This document shows, in pieces, positions 1 through 10,484 of a stretch of DNA of 30,810 nt. A program made the position numbers and the translations under genes. Each line of letters begins with the position of its first letter. Within the stretch, counting starts at the first letter, position 1. The stretch covers positions 1-30,810 of the forward strand of contig CAVHKR010000002.1 in assembly GCA_963636615.1 (NCBI GenBank), in the 5' to 3' direction. Source of the stretch: Acutalibacteraceae bacterium. GTDB taxonomy: Bacteria; Bacteroidota; Bacteroidia; Bacteroidales; UBA932. The notes below the pieces were generated by a model. It saw only the letters and a program-made list of their open reading frames with translations. It was not told the DNA's origin and ran no database searches.

Positions 1-1
1 G

Positions 2-700
2 AATCCCGGATGGCTTTATTATGCAAATGGAGGTAGTTTTATTCCGGGTACTTTACAAAAGGCATTAGAAACCAAAGGTCCTCAACGCCATTTCCGAAAT
101 GAGTGCCTTTGTCGGGCAATGGTGAATTTCAACATGATAGACACAGTAAGCCGTGGCATTAAAAAGATGTTCAATGAACAAAGACGCCGCCATTTTCCTA
201 TGCCAGATTACGAAATTGATGTGTTGAATAAAGAGGTTGGTGTGACAATATATGGGAATACAATTAACGAAAAATATACACAACTGCTCAAAGAAAACGA
301 TACATTGACACTGGAGGATTGTATTCTTTTGGACTCAGTCCAAAAGGGACGTCGAATTTCTGAAGAAAATGCGATAGACTTATTGAATAGAGGCCTTTTG
401 GAGGGTAACACTTCAGAATATGGTATATCACTCGATATAGCAAGAAAGACAAAGCAGTTATCCGATTATACTCGTAACAGAGGTTTGGATAGGGTGAAAT
501 TACAGCAAATGATTTTGCAGTATCTTCAGAATGCGGGTTCAATCGGAGCAAAGCGTGATGCAATATTTGAATATCTGAAAGATGCTCTTCCCAAGACCAA
601 AACTCAAGGACAACAGGAGAGGATGTTAGGAAACATTCTTGTTGAAATGAAAGAGTCAGGGAGAATTATATTAAAGGGTAGAATCTGGTATATAAAATAG
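2..700 (+). CDS. 3' part of an AlbA_2/RecG-C (HATPase_c_4)-type putative DNA-binding/ATP-binding protein; 5' end lies outside the window
   Basis: The frame is open from nt 2 (NPGWLYYANGGSFIPG...RHFRNECLCRAMVNFNMIDTVSRGIKKMF). This matches the N-x-G-x-F...RN..L...M...ID..(G)xGI..M pattern of HATPase_c_4 domains. The C-terminus is wHTH-like. Codon use (GAA/CAA/CGT) looks different from the flanking core genes. Confidence 0.7.
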   Translation, partial: NPGWLYYANGGSFIPGTLQKALETKGPQRHFRNECLCRAMVNFNMIDTVSRGIKKMFNEQRRRHFPMPDYEIDVLNKEVGVTIYGNTINEKYTQLLKENDTLTLEDCILLDSVQKGRRISEENAIDLLNRGLLEGNTSEYGISLDIARKTKQLSDYTRNRGLDRVKLQQMILQYLQNAGSIGAKRDAIFEYLKDALPKTKTQGQQERMLGNILVEMKESGRIILKGRIWYIK

Positions 701-712
701 TTGTAAAGACCC

Positions 713-752
713 AATACGCCTAATTACGACTAAATACGCCCAATTATGACTA
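713..752. repeat. Tandem 2 x 20-bp repeat AATACGCC(T/C)AATTA(C/T)GACTA, built from ~10-bp subunits
   Basis: 713-732 and 733-752 are identical at 18/20 positions. Confidence 0.8.
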
Positions 753-904
753 TAATGAATAATCCAAAGATTTTGTAGAGTCATGGATTTTCGCTATTTT
801 TGCCTTGAGTTATTTGACAGCTATGCATAGCGAATCGCGGAATTTCGGCATGATTTCCAAATCGTTACCTTTGTTTTGTAAATTATTAGCTATCTCTCTA
901 TAAT

Positions 905-1150
905 TTAATGAATTAGATCATACTGCTTGTAAACTAAAATAAAATGCAAACTGAATGCATAATTGCAAAACTTGTCTGCTATATTTTTTCTTCCCGACAG
1001 ATATTCTATCCTCTCTTTCATAGACTGTGCTTTATCTTTGCGAATAAGGCCAAGTACTGCGCCTGCGCCAACAAGAGAGCCGCAAGTCCCCTCTATGCAG
1101 CTTATCCCAAGCCCGAATGCATTAGTTACATTCTTCAGGGTCATATACAC
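905..1150 (-). pseudogene. Fragment of a C-GCAxxG-C-C family (putative redox-active) protein
   Basis: The central motif NAFGLGISCIEGTCGSLVGAGAVLGL is recognisable. The N-terminal NCAQ-type Cys and the C-terminal Cys motifs are missing, and similarity is lost after ...AQSMKE. Confidence 0.6.
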
Positions 1151-1276
1151 TTTGTGCTAACCTCGCTACTTATTAAACAATGAACAACTTCGTTGATGAG
1201 TGCCCTTTATAAAATAATGCAGACATTTCTTATCATTATCTTATCAAAAAAACAGTGGGTTGGGCATAATTATGGT

Positions 1277-1284
1277 TAAATTTG
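1277..1284 (+). promoter_or_regulatory. Candidate Bacteroidota sigma-A -7 element (TAAATTTG) for the rel-uvrA-uvrB unit
   Basis: TAnnTTTG match 56 nt before the ATG. A second match, TACATTTG, lies at 1296-1303. No ideally spaced -33 element. Confidence 0.45.
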
Positions 1285-1340
1285 CAGAAAGGCTATACAT
1301 TTGAGAAATCCTTGTTGTTAACCAAAGAAAAGAGAGGGAT

Positions 1341-3527
1341 ATGAGCGATACATTTGTAGATTTAACCCCCATCAAGAGCATTACAGATAATTACGATTCT
1401 GTAGATAAGCAATTGGTAGAAAGCGCGTACCAAGTGGCCTTTGAAGCATTAAAGGATCTGAGCAGAGGAAACGGGCATCCCTTTATGGAACATCCTGTAG
1501 GTGTTGCAGTAATTGTGGCAAATGAACTTGGACTCATGCCGGCAGCTGTGGCGGCAGTCTTTCTACATGAAGCAACAAGAGCCAACGCCCCTCTCCTTAA
1601 AGAGATTGCCAAAAGATATTCCAAAGAGATAATAGTAATGGTAGAGGGGCTGAATAATATATCTACCATACGCCCCAAAGATACAGGACTACAGGCAGAA
1701 GTTTACAGGAAACTCATAATTTCATACTCAAAAGACCCAAGGGTAGCCCTAATAAAACTTGCCGACAGGTTGGAGATAATGCGTAATCTCGATATATTTC
1801 CCAAGAGTAGTGTGCTGAGGAAGAATACCGAGACAATGATGCTCTATATTCCGTTGGCTCACCAGTTGGGGCTGTATAACCTTAAAAGCGAGTTAGAAGA
1901 TATCTATTTCAGATACAGCGACCCAGAGAATTACCGCGCAATAACAAACAAGCTCCTTGCAACGGAGAAGGATAGGGAAAGACTTGTGGCAGAGTTTGTT
2001 AACCCGTTAAAAGAGGAGTTGGCCGCAGCCGGTATAAAATACAAGTTCAAGATTCGCACCAAGACAGCATATTCGATATTCAAGAAGATGCAAAAGCAGA
2101 ATATTCCATTCGAAGGTGTTTATGATGTTTTTGCGGTAAGGTTTATTTTACAAGATATACTTCCCGACAAACAATCCGAGCATGCTGCCTGTTGGGCTGT
2201 CTATTCACTTGTTACCAAGGAATATAAACCACATATAGAACGTTTGAGAGACTGGCTTACGGTGCCAAAGCCAAACGGTTATGAGAGCCTTCATATTACT
2301 GTGGAGAATAAGGATGGCGTAGTATTAGAGGTTCAGATAAGGACAGAGCGGATGGATGACATGGCCGAAAACGGAATGGCATCTCACTGGAGGTACAAAG
2401 GGGTAAAAAGGGTGACAGGGCTGGATGAATGGCTGAGCAATGTAAAGAGAATGTTGGAGAGTACAGACTTTCAGCCATATTCAAGTGACGAGCATACGGC
2501 TCTGAAAGATGTGTTCGTCTTTACTCCGGACGGAGACCTTAAGCAATTGCCACAGGGCGCAACAGTATTGGATTTTGCGTTCAGCATTCATACCAATTTA
2601 GGTGTAAAGTGTAGTGGAGCCCGAGTAAATGGCAAGGTCTATTCCATAAGAGATACCCTAAAAACGGGCGATGTTGTAGAGATAATAAGCTCAAAGAACC
2701 AGAAACCGTCTGCGGACTGGCTTAATATAGTTGTATCTTCAAAGGCGAAAAACAGGATAAAGGCCAAACTTAAAGAGGAGCAAGGAAAGAGGATAAGAGA
2801 TGGGCGTGAGATTCTTGAACGCAGAATGAAGAACTGGAAGATAGAGCTTACAGATGAAGCATTTGCAAAGATTCTGCATCAATTTAAAATAAAGACTGTT
2901 GGGGAGTTGTGCGAGCTTATAAGCGACGAAAAGGTTGATCTGTTGGCAATAAAGAGTCTGCTTTTGCCTATGGAAGGGGCAGAGAAAGAGGAGGTTGCCG
3001 GAAATAAAGAGAACAAGACAAAAGAGAACAAGGAGCAGGATAGTGGGGGAATAAAGCAAGACGGTGATTATATAACCATCAGCGACAAACTTAATAAAGT
3101 AGCAGTTCAGATGGCCAAATGCTGCAATCCCATCTTTGGAGACGATGCCTTTGCCTTTGTAAGTGCATCGGGAGGAACAAAGATTCACAGAATCTCCTGC
3201 CCTAATGCGGCAAGGCTTATAAAAAACTATCCATATAGAGTCCAGTCCGTTAAATGGCAGAGGACAGGTGCAACAGCACGCTTCCAGTGTGGCCTTAAAA
3301 TTATTGCAGAGAATGACACTTCAATAGGCCCAGCAGTTATGGGTCTGTGCACCAAACAGAATGCATCGGTAAGGTCTTACACCCTTAATGAGAGAAACAA
3401 TGGAGGTAAGGCTGAACTTATAATAGAATTGAGTATATCAGTGGGGAACAATTCGCATTTAGATTCTGTAATCTCCGCAATAAAGAGGATGAGGGAGATT
3501 AAGAATGTGCTTAGGACAAGAGGTTAG
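1341..3527 (+). CDS. relA: Long RelA/SpoT homolog, (p)ppGpp synthetase with degenerate HD domain (HD-SYN-TGS-ZFD-ACT)
   Basis: Motifs [39 protein letters not shown] (VFTPDG...DFAFSIHT) and ZFD (AKCCNPI...IHRISCPN). Confidence 0.93.
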   Translation: MSDTFVDLTPIKSITDNYDSVDKQLVESAYQVAFEALKDLSRGNGHPFMEHPVGVAVIVANELGLMPAAVAAVFLHEATRANAPLLKEIAKRYSKEIIVMVEGLNNISTIRPKDTGLQAEVYRKLIISYSKDPRVALIKLADRLEIMRNLDIFPKSSVLRKNTETMMLYIPLAHQLGLYNLKSELEDIYFRYSDPENYRAITNKLLATEKDRERLVAEFVNPLKEELAAAGIKYKFKIRTKTAYSIFKKMQKQNIPFEGVYDVFAVRFILQDILPDKQSEHAACWAVYSLVTKEYKPHIERLRDWLTVPKPNGYESLHITVENKDGVVLEVQIRTERMDDMAENGMASHWRYKGVKRVTGLDEWLSNVKRMLESTDFQPYSSDEHTALKDVFVFTPDGDLKQLPQGATVLDFAFSIHTNLGVKCSGARVNGKVYSIRDTLKTGDVVEIISSKNQKPSADWLNIVVSSKAKNRIKAKLKEEQGKRIRDGREILERRMKNWKIELTDEAFAKILHQFKIKTVGELCELISDEKVDLLAIKSLLLPMEGAEKEEVAGNKENKTKENKEQDSGGIKQDGDYITISDKLNKVAVQMAKCCNPIFGDDAFAFVSASGGTKIHRISCPNAARLIKNYPYRVQSVKWQRTGATARFQCGLKIIAENDTSIGPAVMGLCTKQNASVRSYTLNERNNGGKAELIIELSISVGNNSHLDSVISAIKRMREIKNVLRTRG

Positions 3528-3544
3528 GGTGGTGAGAATGTAAA

Positions 3545-6487
3545 ATGAAGAGTATGGCAAAAGAGATAGCAACAAAGGAGAGATCTGACAAATATATAAA
3601 CATAGAGGGTGCAAGGGTTAACAACCTTAAGAATATATCGTTAAAGATTCCGCGCGGAAAGTTGGTGGTAATATCGGGACTTAGTGGCAGCGGAAAATCG
3701 TCATTGGCTTTTGATACCCTTTTTGCCGAGGGTCAGCGCAGGTATGCAGAGAGTCTCTCTGCCTTTGCACGTCAGTTCCTTGGCAGGATGAGCAAGCCTG
3801 CCGTTGACAAGATAGAGGGGATTCCTCCGGCAATAGCAATTGAGCAGAAGGTCAACAGCAGGAATCCGCGCTCAACAGTTGGTACCAACACAGAAATATA
3901 TGATTATCTGAGACTCCTTTTTGCAAAGATTGGCAAAACATACTCCCCTGTAAGCGGTCGTGAGGTTAAATGTGAGAATGTTCAGGATGTCCTTGGTTAT
4001 ATAAAGGAGATGTATGCTTTTTACAGTTCTGTTGCTTCCGATGCTTCAAAAACAGGTAGCGGACAGGGGACTGTATTCTATATTGTTGCCCCATTTGGCT
4101 GGGAGGAGCTTAAAGATACGCATACAGAAAAACTTTTGGAGTTGAAAGAGGAGGGGTTTGCCCGTCTTTTTGACCTTACGCTTAAGAAGATGGTTAAGAT
4201 AGATGCGGTGCTTACAGAGATAGAAAATTACAAGTCATATAATCTGAATATACTTATAGACAGATTTATAGATATCAATGACGAGGCTCGCATAGAGGAT
4301 TCTGTTGCAACGGCATTTAATGTTGGAAGGGAACGGATGATGGTTATAATCTCGCATGGAGAGGAGATTACAGAGAGGGAGTTCTCGCAGGTTTTTGAGG
4401 CAGACGGAATGCGGTTTGAGAAACTTAATGAGCTGATGTTCAGCTTTAATAACCCAATTGGAGCCTGTCCTGTATGCGGCGGCTATGGCAGTATAGTTGG
4501 AATAGATGAGAGCCTTGTTATACCCAACCAGTCTCTTTCACTCTATGAAGATGCTGTGGCCTGCTGGCGAGGAGAGACCATGAAACAGCTTAAGAAAGAG
4601 TTTATTATGGCTGCTCCAAAGTTAGGTTTTCCTGTTCATAAGCCGTATGCAGAGCTTACAAAGGAGCAGAAAAGGGTGTTGTGGGAAGGTGCGCCAGGAG
4701 TGTGTGGCATAAACGAGTTCTTTAGGTTTGTTGAGGCAAACAAATACAAGATACAGTACAAATATATGCTTGCAAGGTATTCCGGAAAGACTCTCTGCCC
4801 TGAGTGTGAAGGCACTCGTCTCCGCAAGGAGACTCGCTACGTTAAGATTGGCGGAAAAAATATAGGAGAGCTGCTTGCAATGTCTGTGTCGGCTCTTCTA
4901 AAATTCTTTAAAGAACTAAAACTGGAACCGTATGAGACCAAGGTAGGGGAGAGGGCAATTAAGGAGATTGTACAGAGACTCAGTTATATAGAGAATGTAG
5001 GGCTTGGATATCTCGCACTTTCGAGACAGGCCAAGACATTATCGGGAGGCGAAAGCCAAAGAATAAATCTTGTAAGCTCGTTGGGCAGCAGTCTTGTAGG
5101 CTCGCTTTACATCTTGGATGAGCCGAGCATTGGGCTACATCCGCATGATACTCACAAACTTATAAAAGTAATTAAAGGTCTTGGAGATTTGGGGAACAGC
5201 GTTGTGATTGTTGAGCATGACGCGGAGATTATAAAGTCTGCAGACCAGCTTGTAGATATTGGTCCATACGCCGGTGTGCACGGTGGAGAGGTTGTTTATC
5301 AGGGACCTGTTCTGCTTCCCGACAAAAACAACGGAGCATACAGTAAGGAGCAGCTTGCTGAGGTGGTTGAAGGTTCACCGTACAAATCTCTCACATTGGA
5401 TTACCTTAGCGGAAGAAAAACAATAGAGATTTCTGACAGGAAGAGAGTGTGGAGCAGGTATGTAGAGATTGTTGGTGCAATGGAGAATAACCTTAAAAAT
5501 ATAGATGTGAAATTCCCGATAGGGGTGATAACTGCTGTCACAGGTGTGAGCGGAAGCGGAAAATCATCTTTGGTAGGAGATATTCTATATCCTGCTTTGG
5601 CGCGTCATTTCCAGCAGTTTGGAGAAAAACCGGGGGCGTTTAAGGAGCTTAGGGGAGATTTTAATCTGCTTGGAGGTGTTGAGTTTGTAGATCAGAACCC
5701 TATCGGAAAATCATCAAGGTCAAATCCTGTTACATATCTTAAGATTTATGATGATATAAGGAAGCTCTTTTCAGACCAGCCGTATGCCAAAATGAACGGT
5801 TACGGTAACTCATATTTCTCGTTTAATATAGAAGGAGGACGTTGCCCTCAATGCTTGGGCGAAGGGTATATTACTGTGCCAATGCAGTTTATGGCAGACG
5901 TGCGTATGGTGTGCGACGAGTGTGGGGGCAAAAGGTTCAAGGCCGATATACTGGAGGTAAAGTATCGGGAAAAGAATATAAATGATGTGCTTAATATGAG
6001 CGTTGAGGAGGCGATTGAATTCTTTGGTTCGCAGAAGGAATCTACTGCAAAACGGGTAGCCCAAAGATTGCAGATTCTTAGCGATGTGGGGCTTGGCTAT
6101 GTGCAATTGGGGCAGAGCAGTAGTACATTATCGGGAGGCGAAAACCAAAGAATAAAGCTTGCTCAGTTCTTGAGTACCGACAGCAGGCAGGTTGCAGGCA
6201 AAGGTGGCACGTTTTTCATCTTTGACGAGCCTACGACAGGACTGCATTTTCATGATATACAAAAACTGTTAAAGGCATTTAATGCGTTGGTAAACAGGGG
6301 GCATACTATTGTGGTAGTTGAACATAACACAGATATAATAAGGGCATGTGACTGGGTTATAGATCTTGGTCCCGATGGCGGAGACAAAGGGGGCAATGTC
6401 TGCTTTACCGGCACACCGGAGGAGATTGCTAAAGTTCCCAACAATAAAACAGGCAGAGCGCTGTCTGTTAATTGGACGCTATGTTGA
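3545..6487 (+). CDS. uvrA: Excinuclease ABC subunit A
   Basis: Two ABC ATPase modules ([21 protein letters not shown] x2, [16 protein letters not shown]), EGQRRY motif and CxxC zinc modules. Start could be 3545 or 3554. Confidence 0.97.
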   Translation: MKSMAKEIATKERSDKYINIEGARVNNLKNISLKIPRGKLVVISGLSGSGKSSLAFDTLFAEGQRRYAESLSAFARQFLGRMSKPAVDKIEGIPPAIAIEQKVNSRNPRSTVGTNTEIYDYLRLLFAKIGKTYSPVSGREVKCENVQDVLGYIKEMYAFYSSVASDASKTGSGQGTVFYIVAPFGWEELKDTHTEKLLELKEEGFARLFDLTLKKMVKIDAVLTEIENYKSYNLNILIDRFIDINDEARIEDSVATAFNVGRERMMVIISHGEEITEREFSQVFEADGMRFEKLNELMFSFNNPIGACPVCGGYGSIVGIDESLVIPNQSLSLYEDAVACWRGETMKQLKKEFIMAAPKLGFPVHKPYAELTKEQKRVLWEGAPGVCGINEFFRFVEANKYKIQYKYMLARYSGKTLCPECEGTRLRKETRYVKIGGKNIGELLAMSVSALLKFFKELKLEPYETKVGERAIKEIVQRLSYIENVGLGYLALSRQAKTLSGGESQRINLVSSLGSSLVGSLYILDEPSIGLHPHDTHKLIKVIKGLGDLGNSVVIVEHDAEIIKSADQLVDIGPYAGVHGGEVVYQGPVLLPDKNNGAYSKEQLAEVVEGSPYKSLTLDYLSGRKTIEISDRKRVWSRYVEIVGAMENNLKNIDVKFPIGVITAVTGVSGSGKSSLVGDILYPALARHFQQFGEKPGAFKELRGDFNLLGGVEFVDQNPIGKSSRSNPVTYLKIYDDIRKLFSDQPYAKMNGYGNSYFSFNIEGGRCPQCLGEGYITVPMQFMADVRMVCDECGGKRFKADILEVKYREKNINDVLNMSVEEAIEFFGSQKESTAKRVAQRLQILSDVGLGYVQLGQSSSTLSGGENQRIKLAQFLSTDSRQVAGKGGTFFIFDEPTTGLHFHDIQKLLKAFNALVNRGHTIVVVEHNTDIIRACDWVIDLGPDGGDKGGNVCFTGTPEEIAKVPNNKTGRALSVNWTLC
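5036..5072 (+). repeat. Copy 1 of a 37-bp intragenic direct repeat in uvrA (ABC signature I)
   Basis: ACATTATCGGGAGGCGAAAGCCAAAGAATAAATCTTG; 35/37 identical to 6125-6161. Confidence 0.9.
6125..6161 (+). repeat. Copy 2 of a 37-bp intragenic direct repeat in uvrA (ABC signature II)
   Basis: ACATTATCGGGAGGCGAAAACCAAAGAATAAAGCTTG; 35/37 identical to 5036-5072. Confidence 0.9.
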
Positions 6488-6565
6488 ACAGAACCGAAAC
6501 CGGACGAACAGAGTTTCCATGTAAACGGATGATGTATTTGTAATTTACTTATAGATAGTTGATTT

Positions 6566-8563
6566 ATGGATTTTAAGATAGAATCGCCATATCAGCCTAC
6601 AGGAGATCAGCCGGCTGCAATAGAGGGGATAATGGAGGCTGTGAGCAGTGGTAATCCTGCCGTAACGCTTTTGGGAGTTACAGGGTCTGGAAAGACATTT
6701 ACCATGGCAAATGTTATCCGGAACCTTAACAGGCCTGCGCTTGTCTTAAGCCATAACAAGACCTTGGCGGCACAGCTGTATGGTGAGTTCAAGAGTTTTT
6801 TTCCCCACAACGCAGTTGAGTATTTTGTCTCGTATTACGACTACTATCAGCCTGAGGCATATATGCCTGTTACAGACACATATATAGAGAAAGACCTTAG
6901 TATTAATGACGAGATAGAGAAATTGCGGCTCAGCTGTTCCAGCGCATTGTTGAGCGGACGGCGAGACGTTATAGTTGTTTCCAGTGTATCGTGCCTTTAC
7001 GGTATTGGTAACCCTGCAGACTTCCATACAAATACCATAAGTATAAGGATTGGTCAGCATATCTCCCGTACGGCATTGCTGTACAGACTTATAGATAGCC
7101 TGTACAATAGAAGTGACGTTGAGTTCAAACGCGGCAGTTTCAGGGTAAAGGGTGATTCTGTAGATATATTTTTGGCGTACGGTGACAATGCGGTTAGGGT
7201 AACCTTCTTTGGTGATGATATAGAGGAGATAGAGATTTTTGATCCTGTGAGCGGAGCTGTTTCAGATAGTGTAGAGGAGATTTCAATCTATCCCGGCAAT
7301 ATTTTCAGTACCACAAAAGAACGTATAAAAAGTGCGGTGTACAATATTCAGGATGACCTTGTAAAACAGTGCAACTATTTTAACGATATAGGCAAATTCG
7401 TTGAGGCAAAGAGACTTAAACAGCGCGTAGAATATGATTTGGAGATGATAAAGGAGATTGGGTATTGTAGCGGTATTGAGAACTATTCACGCTATTTTGA
7501 CGGCAGGGCGGCAGGTACGAGACCATTCTGTCTTTTGGATTATTTTCCCGATGATTTTGTCACATTCATAGATGAAAGCCACGTTACAATTCCGCAGATA
7601 AGGGCAATGTATGGTGGAGACCGTTCAAGAAAGGAGACCCTTATAGAGTACGGTTTCAGGCTTCCTGCCGCCGCAGACAACAGACCTCTTAAATTTGACG
7701 AGTTTGAGAAGTTGGCAAAACAGTGCGTATATGTTAGTGCCACCCCTGCTCCATACGAGTTGGATAAGAGTGGAGGGCTTATAGTAGAGCAGGTTATAAG
7801 GCCAACCGGCTTGTTGGAACCTCCTATTGATGTGCGTCCTACCAAGAACCAGATAGATGATCTTATGGAGGAGGTTCAGCTGAGGGTAGAGAAGGATGAA
7901 CGTGTGCTTGTAACAACCCTCACAAAGAGGATGGCAGAGGAGCTTTACAAGTATATGGAGAGGATGGGGATACGGTGCAGATATATCCATTCAGATGTTG
8001 ATACATTGGAGAGGATTGAGATTATAGAGGATTTTCAGATGGGGCGTTTTGATCTGCTTATAGGTGTTAACCTTTTGAGGGAGGGGTTAGATCTGCCGCA
8101 GGTCTCCTTGGTTGCAATATTGGATGCAGACAAGGAGGGTTTTTTAAGAAGTGAAACGGCTCTTACGCAGACAGCAGGACGGGCTGCAAGGAATATAAAC
8201 GGATTGGTTATAATGTATGCAGACAACATAACCGGCAGCATGCAGCGAACAATAGATGAGACCAACCGCAGACGTGAAAAACAGATTGCCTACAATAAAG
8301 AGCATAATATCATACCTACCCAGATATACAAAACCGAGAGGAACGTACTTGGAAGAGAGCTTTCTCTCTATGATCAAGGCCGCGAAACAGAGGGGGTATT
8401 AGAGGACCCTATTGTGGCAAACATGAACAAGGAGCAGCTTGGCAGGGCCGTTGCAGCTGCTAAAAAGGAGATGGAGAGAGCTGCATCGGAATTGGATTTT
8501 ATGCGTGCCGCAAAATTCAGAGATGAGATGAAGGCTCTAAAACAGAGATTAGAGGCCATGTAG
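6566..8563 (+). CDS. uvrB: Excinuclease ABC subunit B
   Basis: PTGDQP, GVTGSGKT, HNKTLAAQLY, YYDYYQPEAY beta-hairpin, DESH, NLLREGLD, GRAARN and a C-terminal UVR domain. Confidence 0.98.
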   Translation: MDFKIESPYQPTGDQPAAIEGIMEAVSSGNPAVTLLGVTGSGKTFTMANVIRNLNRPALVLSHNKTLAAQLYGEFKSFFPHNAVEYFVSYYDYYQPEAYMPVTDTYIEKDLSINDEIEKLRLSCSSALLSGRRDVIVVSSVSCLYGIGNPADFHTNTISIRIGQHISRTALLYRLIDSLYNRSDVEFKRGSFRVKGDSVDIFLAYGDNAVRVTFFGDDIEEIEIFDPVSGAVSDSVEEISIYPGNIFSTTKERIKSAVYNIQDDLVKQCNYFNDIGKFVEAKRLKQRVEYDLEMIKEIGYCSGIENYSRYFDGRAAGTRPFCLLDYFPDDFVTFIDESHVTIPQIRAMYGGDRSRKETLIEYGFRLPAAADNRPLKFDEFEKLAKQCVYVSATPAPYELDKSGGLIVEQVIRPTGLLEPPIDVRPTKNQIDDLMEEVQLRVEKDERVLVTTLTKRMAEELYKYMERMGIRCRYIHSDVDTLERIEIIEDFQMGRFDLLIGVNLLREGLDLPQVSLVAILDADKEGFLRSETALTQTAGRAARNINGLVIMYADNITGSMQRTIDETNRRREKQIAYNKEHNIIPTQIYKTERNVLGRELSLYDQGRETEGVLEDPIVANMNKEQLGRAVAAAKKEMERAASELDFMRAAKFRDEMKALKQRLEAM

Positions 8564-8566
8564 GAG

Positions 8567-8597
8567 TTTGTAAGGATACAAAATTTGCTTACTTTTG
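8567..8597 (+). promoter_or_regulatory. Bacteroidota housekeeping promoter for prfA (TTTG-N19-TACTTTTG)
   Basis: Exact -33/-7 consensus with 19-nt spacing, 28 nt upstream of the prfA ATG. Confidence 0.75.
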
Positions 8598-8625
8598 CGA
8601 GTTAAAAGAATAGAAGATTTTATTT

Positions 8626-9711
8626 ATGAGTGAAAATAGTCTTATAGAGAAGATAGAGGGGTTACGCACCAAATATGACAGTTTGCAGCAGCAGATTTCC
8701 GATCCTGCCCTTATGTCAGACATGAAGAAATATGTTCAGCTTAACAAGGAGTATAAAGAGTTAGGCCCTATAATCACAGCAGGAGAGAGGTACAAGAAGA
8801 TGGTAGAGGATTATGATATGGCAAAGGATATACTTCAGAATGAAAAGGATGAGGAGCTGAGGGAGATGGCAAAAGAGGAGGTTGCTCAGTTGGAGTCTGT
8901 ACTTCCGCAAAAGGAGGAGGAGATTAAGTTGCTGCTGATTCCGGCAGACCCTCAGGATGCAAAGAATGCCATTGTAGAGATTAGAGGTGGTGCAGGTGGA
9001 GATGAGGCATCTATCTTTGCCGGTGATCTTTTTAGGATGTATGCCAAGTTTATTGAGCGTAGAGGTTGGAAGATGGAGATTACAAGCCAGAGCGAGGGTA
9101 CATCGGGAGGATTCAAGGAGATAATATTCAAGGTTATGGGAGAGGGCGTTTACGGTGTGTTAAAGTATGAATCGGGAGTTCACCGTGTGCAGCGTGTGCC
9201 TCAGACAGAGACCCAAGGCCGTGTACATACCTCTGCTGCATCTGTTGCAGTGCTTCCGGAAGCCGATGAGTTTGATATTGAACTGAACGAGAAGGATATC
9301 AGAAAGGATACTTTCTGTTCGTCAGGTCCGGGGGGACAGTCTGTAAATACCACATATTCTGCAATCAGGCTAACACATATCCCCTCTGGTATTGTGGTTC
9401 AGTGTCAGGATGAGAAGAGCCAGCTGAAAAATTACGATAAGGCACTGCAGGAGCTTCGTACCCGTCTGTATAACATGGAGTATGAGAAGTATCTTAACGA
9501 GATCTCTGCCAAGCGTAAGACAATGGTATCTACAGGAGACCGTTCTGCAAAAATCAGAACTTACAACTACCCGCAGAGCCGTGTTACCGACCACCGTATA
9601 AACTGGACAATGTACAATCTTCCGGTCTTTATGGATGGTGATATTCAGGAGGTTATAGATCAACTGCAGATTGCAGAGAACGCAGAGAGACTTAAAGAGA
9701 GCGATCTTTAA
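8626..9711 (+). CDS. prfA: Peptide chain release factor 1
   Basis: GGQ motif ([10 protein letters not shown]), PxT anticodon loop ([13 protein letters not shown]), [10 protein letters not shown] and IRTYNYPQ. Confidence 0.97.
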   Translation: MSENSLIEKIEGLRTKYDSLQQQISDPALMSDMKKYVQLNKEYKELGPIITAGERYKKMVEDYDMAKDILQNEKDEELREMAKEEVAQLESVLPQKEEEIKLLLIPADPQDAKNAIVEIRGGAGGDEASIFAGDLFRMYAKFIERRGWKMEITSQSEGTSGGFKEIIFKVMGEGVYGVLKYESGVHRVQRVPQTETQGRVHTSAASVAVLPEADEFDIELNEKDIRKDTFCSSGPGGQSVNTTYSAIRLTHIPSGIVVQCQDEKSQLKNYDKALQELRTRLYNMEYEKYLNEISAKRKTMVSTGDRSAKIRTYNYPQSRVTDHRINWTMYNLPVFMDGDIQEVIDQLQIAENAERLKESDL

Positions 9712-9748
9712 ACTGTAAAAATAAAAGAACTGACTAATTTAATACATT

Positions 9749-10471
9749 ATGGAAAGGAATGAAAATAAACAATGTAAATGTAATCTTACCGGAGTGTGGA
9801 TTATGATTGGTTTGGCAGTGTTAGGCTTGTTTATATATTCAGCTGCCTCACATATGAAATCGTATGACAGAACCGTTTATGTAAAAGGGCTCTGTGAAAG
9901 AACAGTAAATGCAGACAGGGTTGTTTGGCCACTGTCGTATAAGCTTATAGGCAATGATCTTATAGCTCTGTATGTTCAGATGAACAATAACAATAAGATA
10001 ATAAAAGACTACCTTAAAAGTTACGGAATCTCAGAGGATGATATCTCTATAGGAGTTCCCGATGTTGTAGATCTAAAGGCAGACAGGTATCAGACCTCAG
10101 AAAGACTTGAGGCGAGATACAACATAACGGCAGTCATTACAATTATTTCTCGCGATGTGGATAAGGTGAGAAAAGCCATTGATAATCAGACAGAACTGCT
10201 TAAAAAATCTATTCCGCTAAACACAGGTGACTACAGATACAATACAAACTATTTCTTTGACGGTCTTAACGATATAAAACCGGAAATGGTTCAGGAGGCT
10301 ACCTCTAATGCCCGTGAAACTGCGGCAAAATTTGCGGCAGATTCAAAAAGCAAGTTAGGAAGGATTAAAAGCGCATCTCAAGGACAGTTCTCAATAGAAT
10401 CTGTAGATGAGACCACCCCATATGTAAAGAAAGTGAGAGTAGTTACCGGTATCACTTACTTTTTAAGATAA
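9749..10471 (+). CDS. SIMPL (DUF541) domain protein
   Basis: N-terminal TM helix, RTVYVKGLCERTVNAD, LNDIKPEMVQEAT.NAR..A.KFA.DS, ASQGQFSI and KKVRVVT. Confidence 0.85.
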   Translation: MERNENKQCKCNLTGVWIMIGLAVLGLFIYSAASHMKSYDRTVYVKGLCERTVNADRVVWPLSYKLIGNDLIALYVQMNNNNKIIKDYLKSYGISEDDISIGVPDVVDLKADRYQTSERLEARYNITAVITIISRDVDKVRKAIDNQTELLKKSIPLNTGDYRYNTNYFFDGLNDIKPEMVQEATSNARETAAKFAADSKSKLGRIKSASQGQFSIESVDETTPYVKKVRVVTGITYFLR

Positions 10472-10484
10472 TGGCTTCTATCCG

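Noticed and set aside
713..752. CRISPR array
   Set aside because: Only two adjacent 20-bp units, no spacers and no cas genes.
944..1183. Plus-strand ORFs 944-1183 and 963-1160
   Set aside because: Antisense to the recognisable C-GCAxxG-C-C fragment and without protein-like features.
3930..4420. Loss of the first UvrA zinc-module cysteines (YSPVSG; VFEADG)
   Set aside because: Real, but as far as I recall typical of this Bacteroidota UvrA paralog rather than novel.
6488..6565. SOS/LexA box upstream of uvrB or uvrA
   Set aside because: No convincing palindrome or known LexA motif in these intergenic regions.
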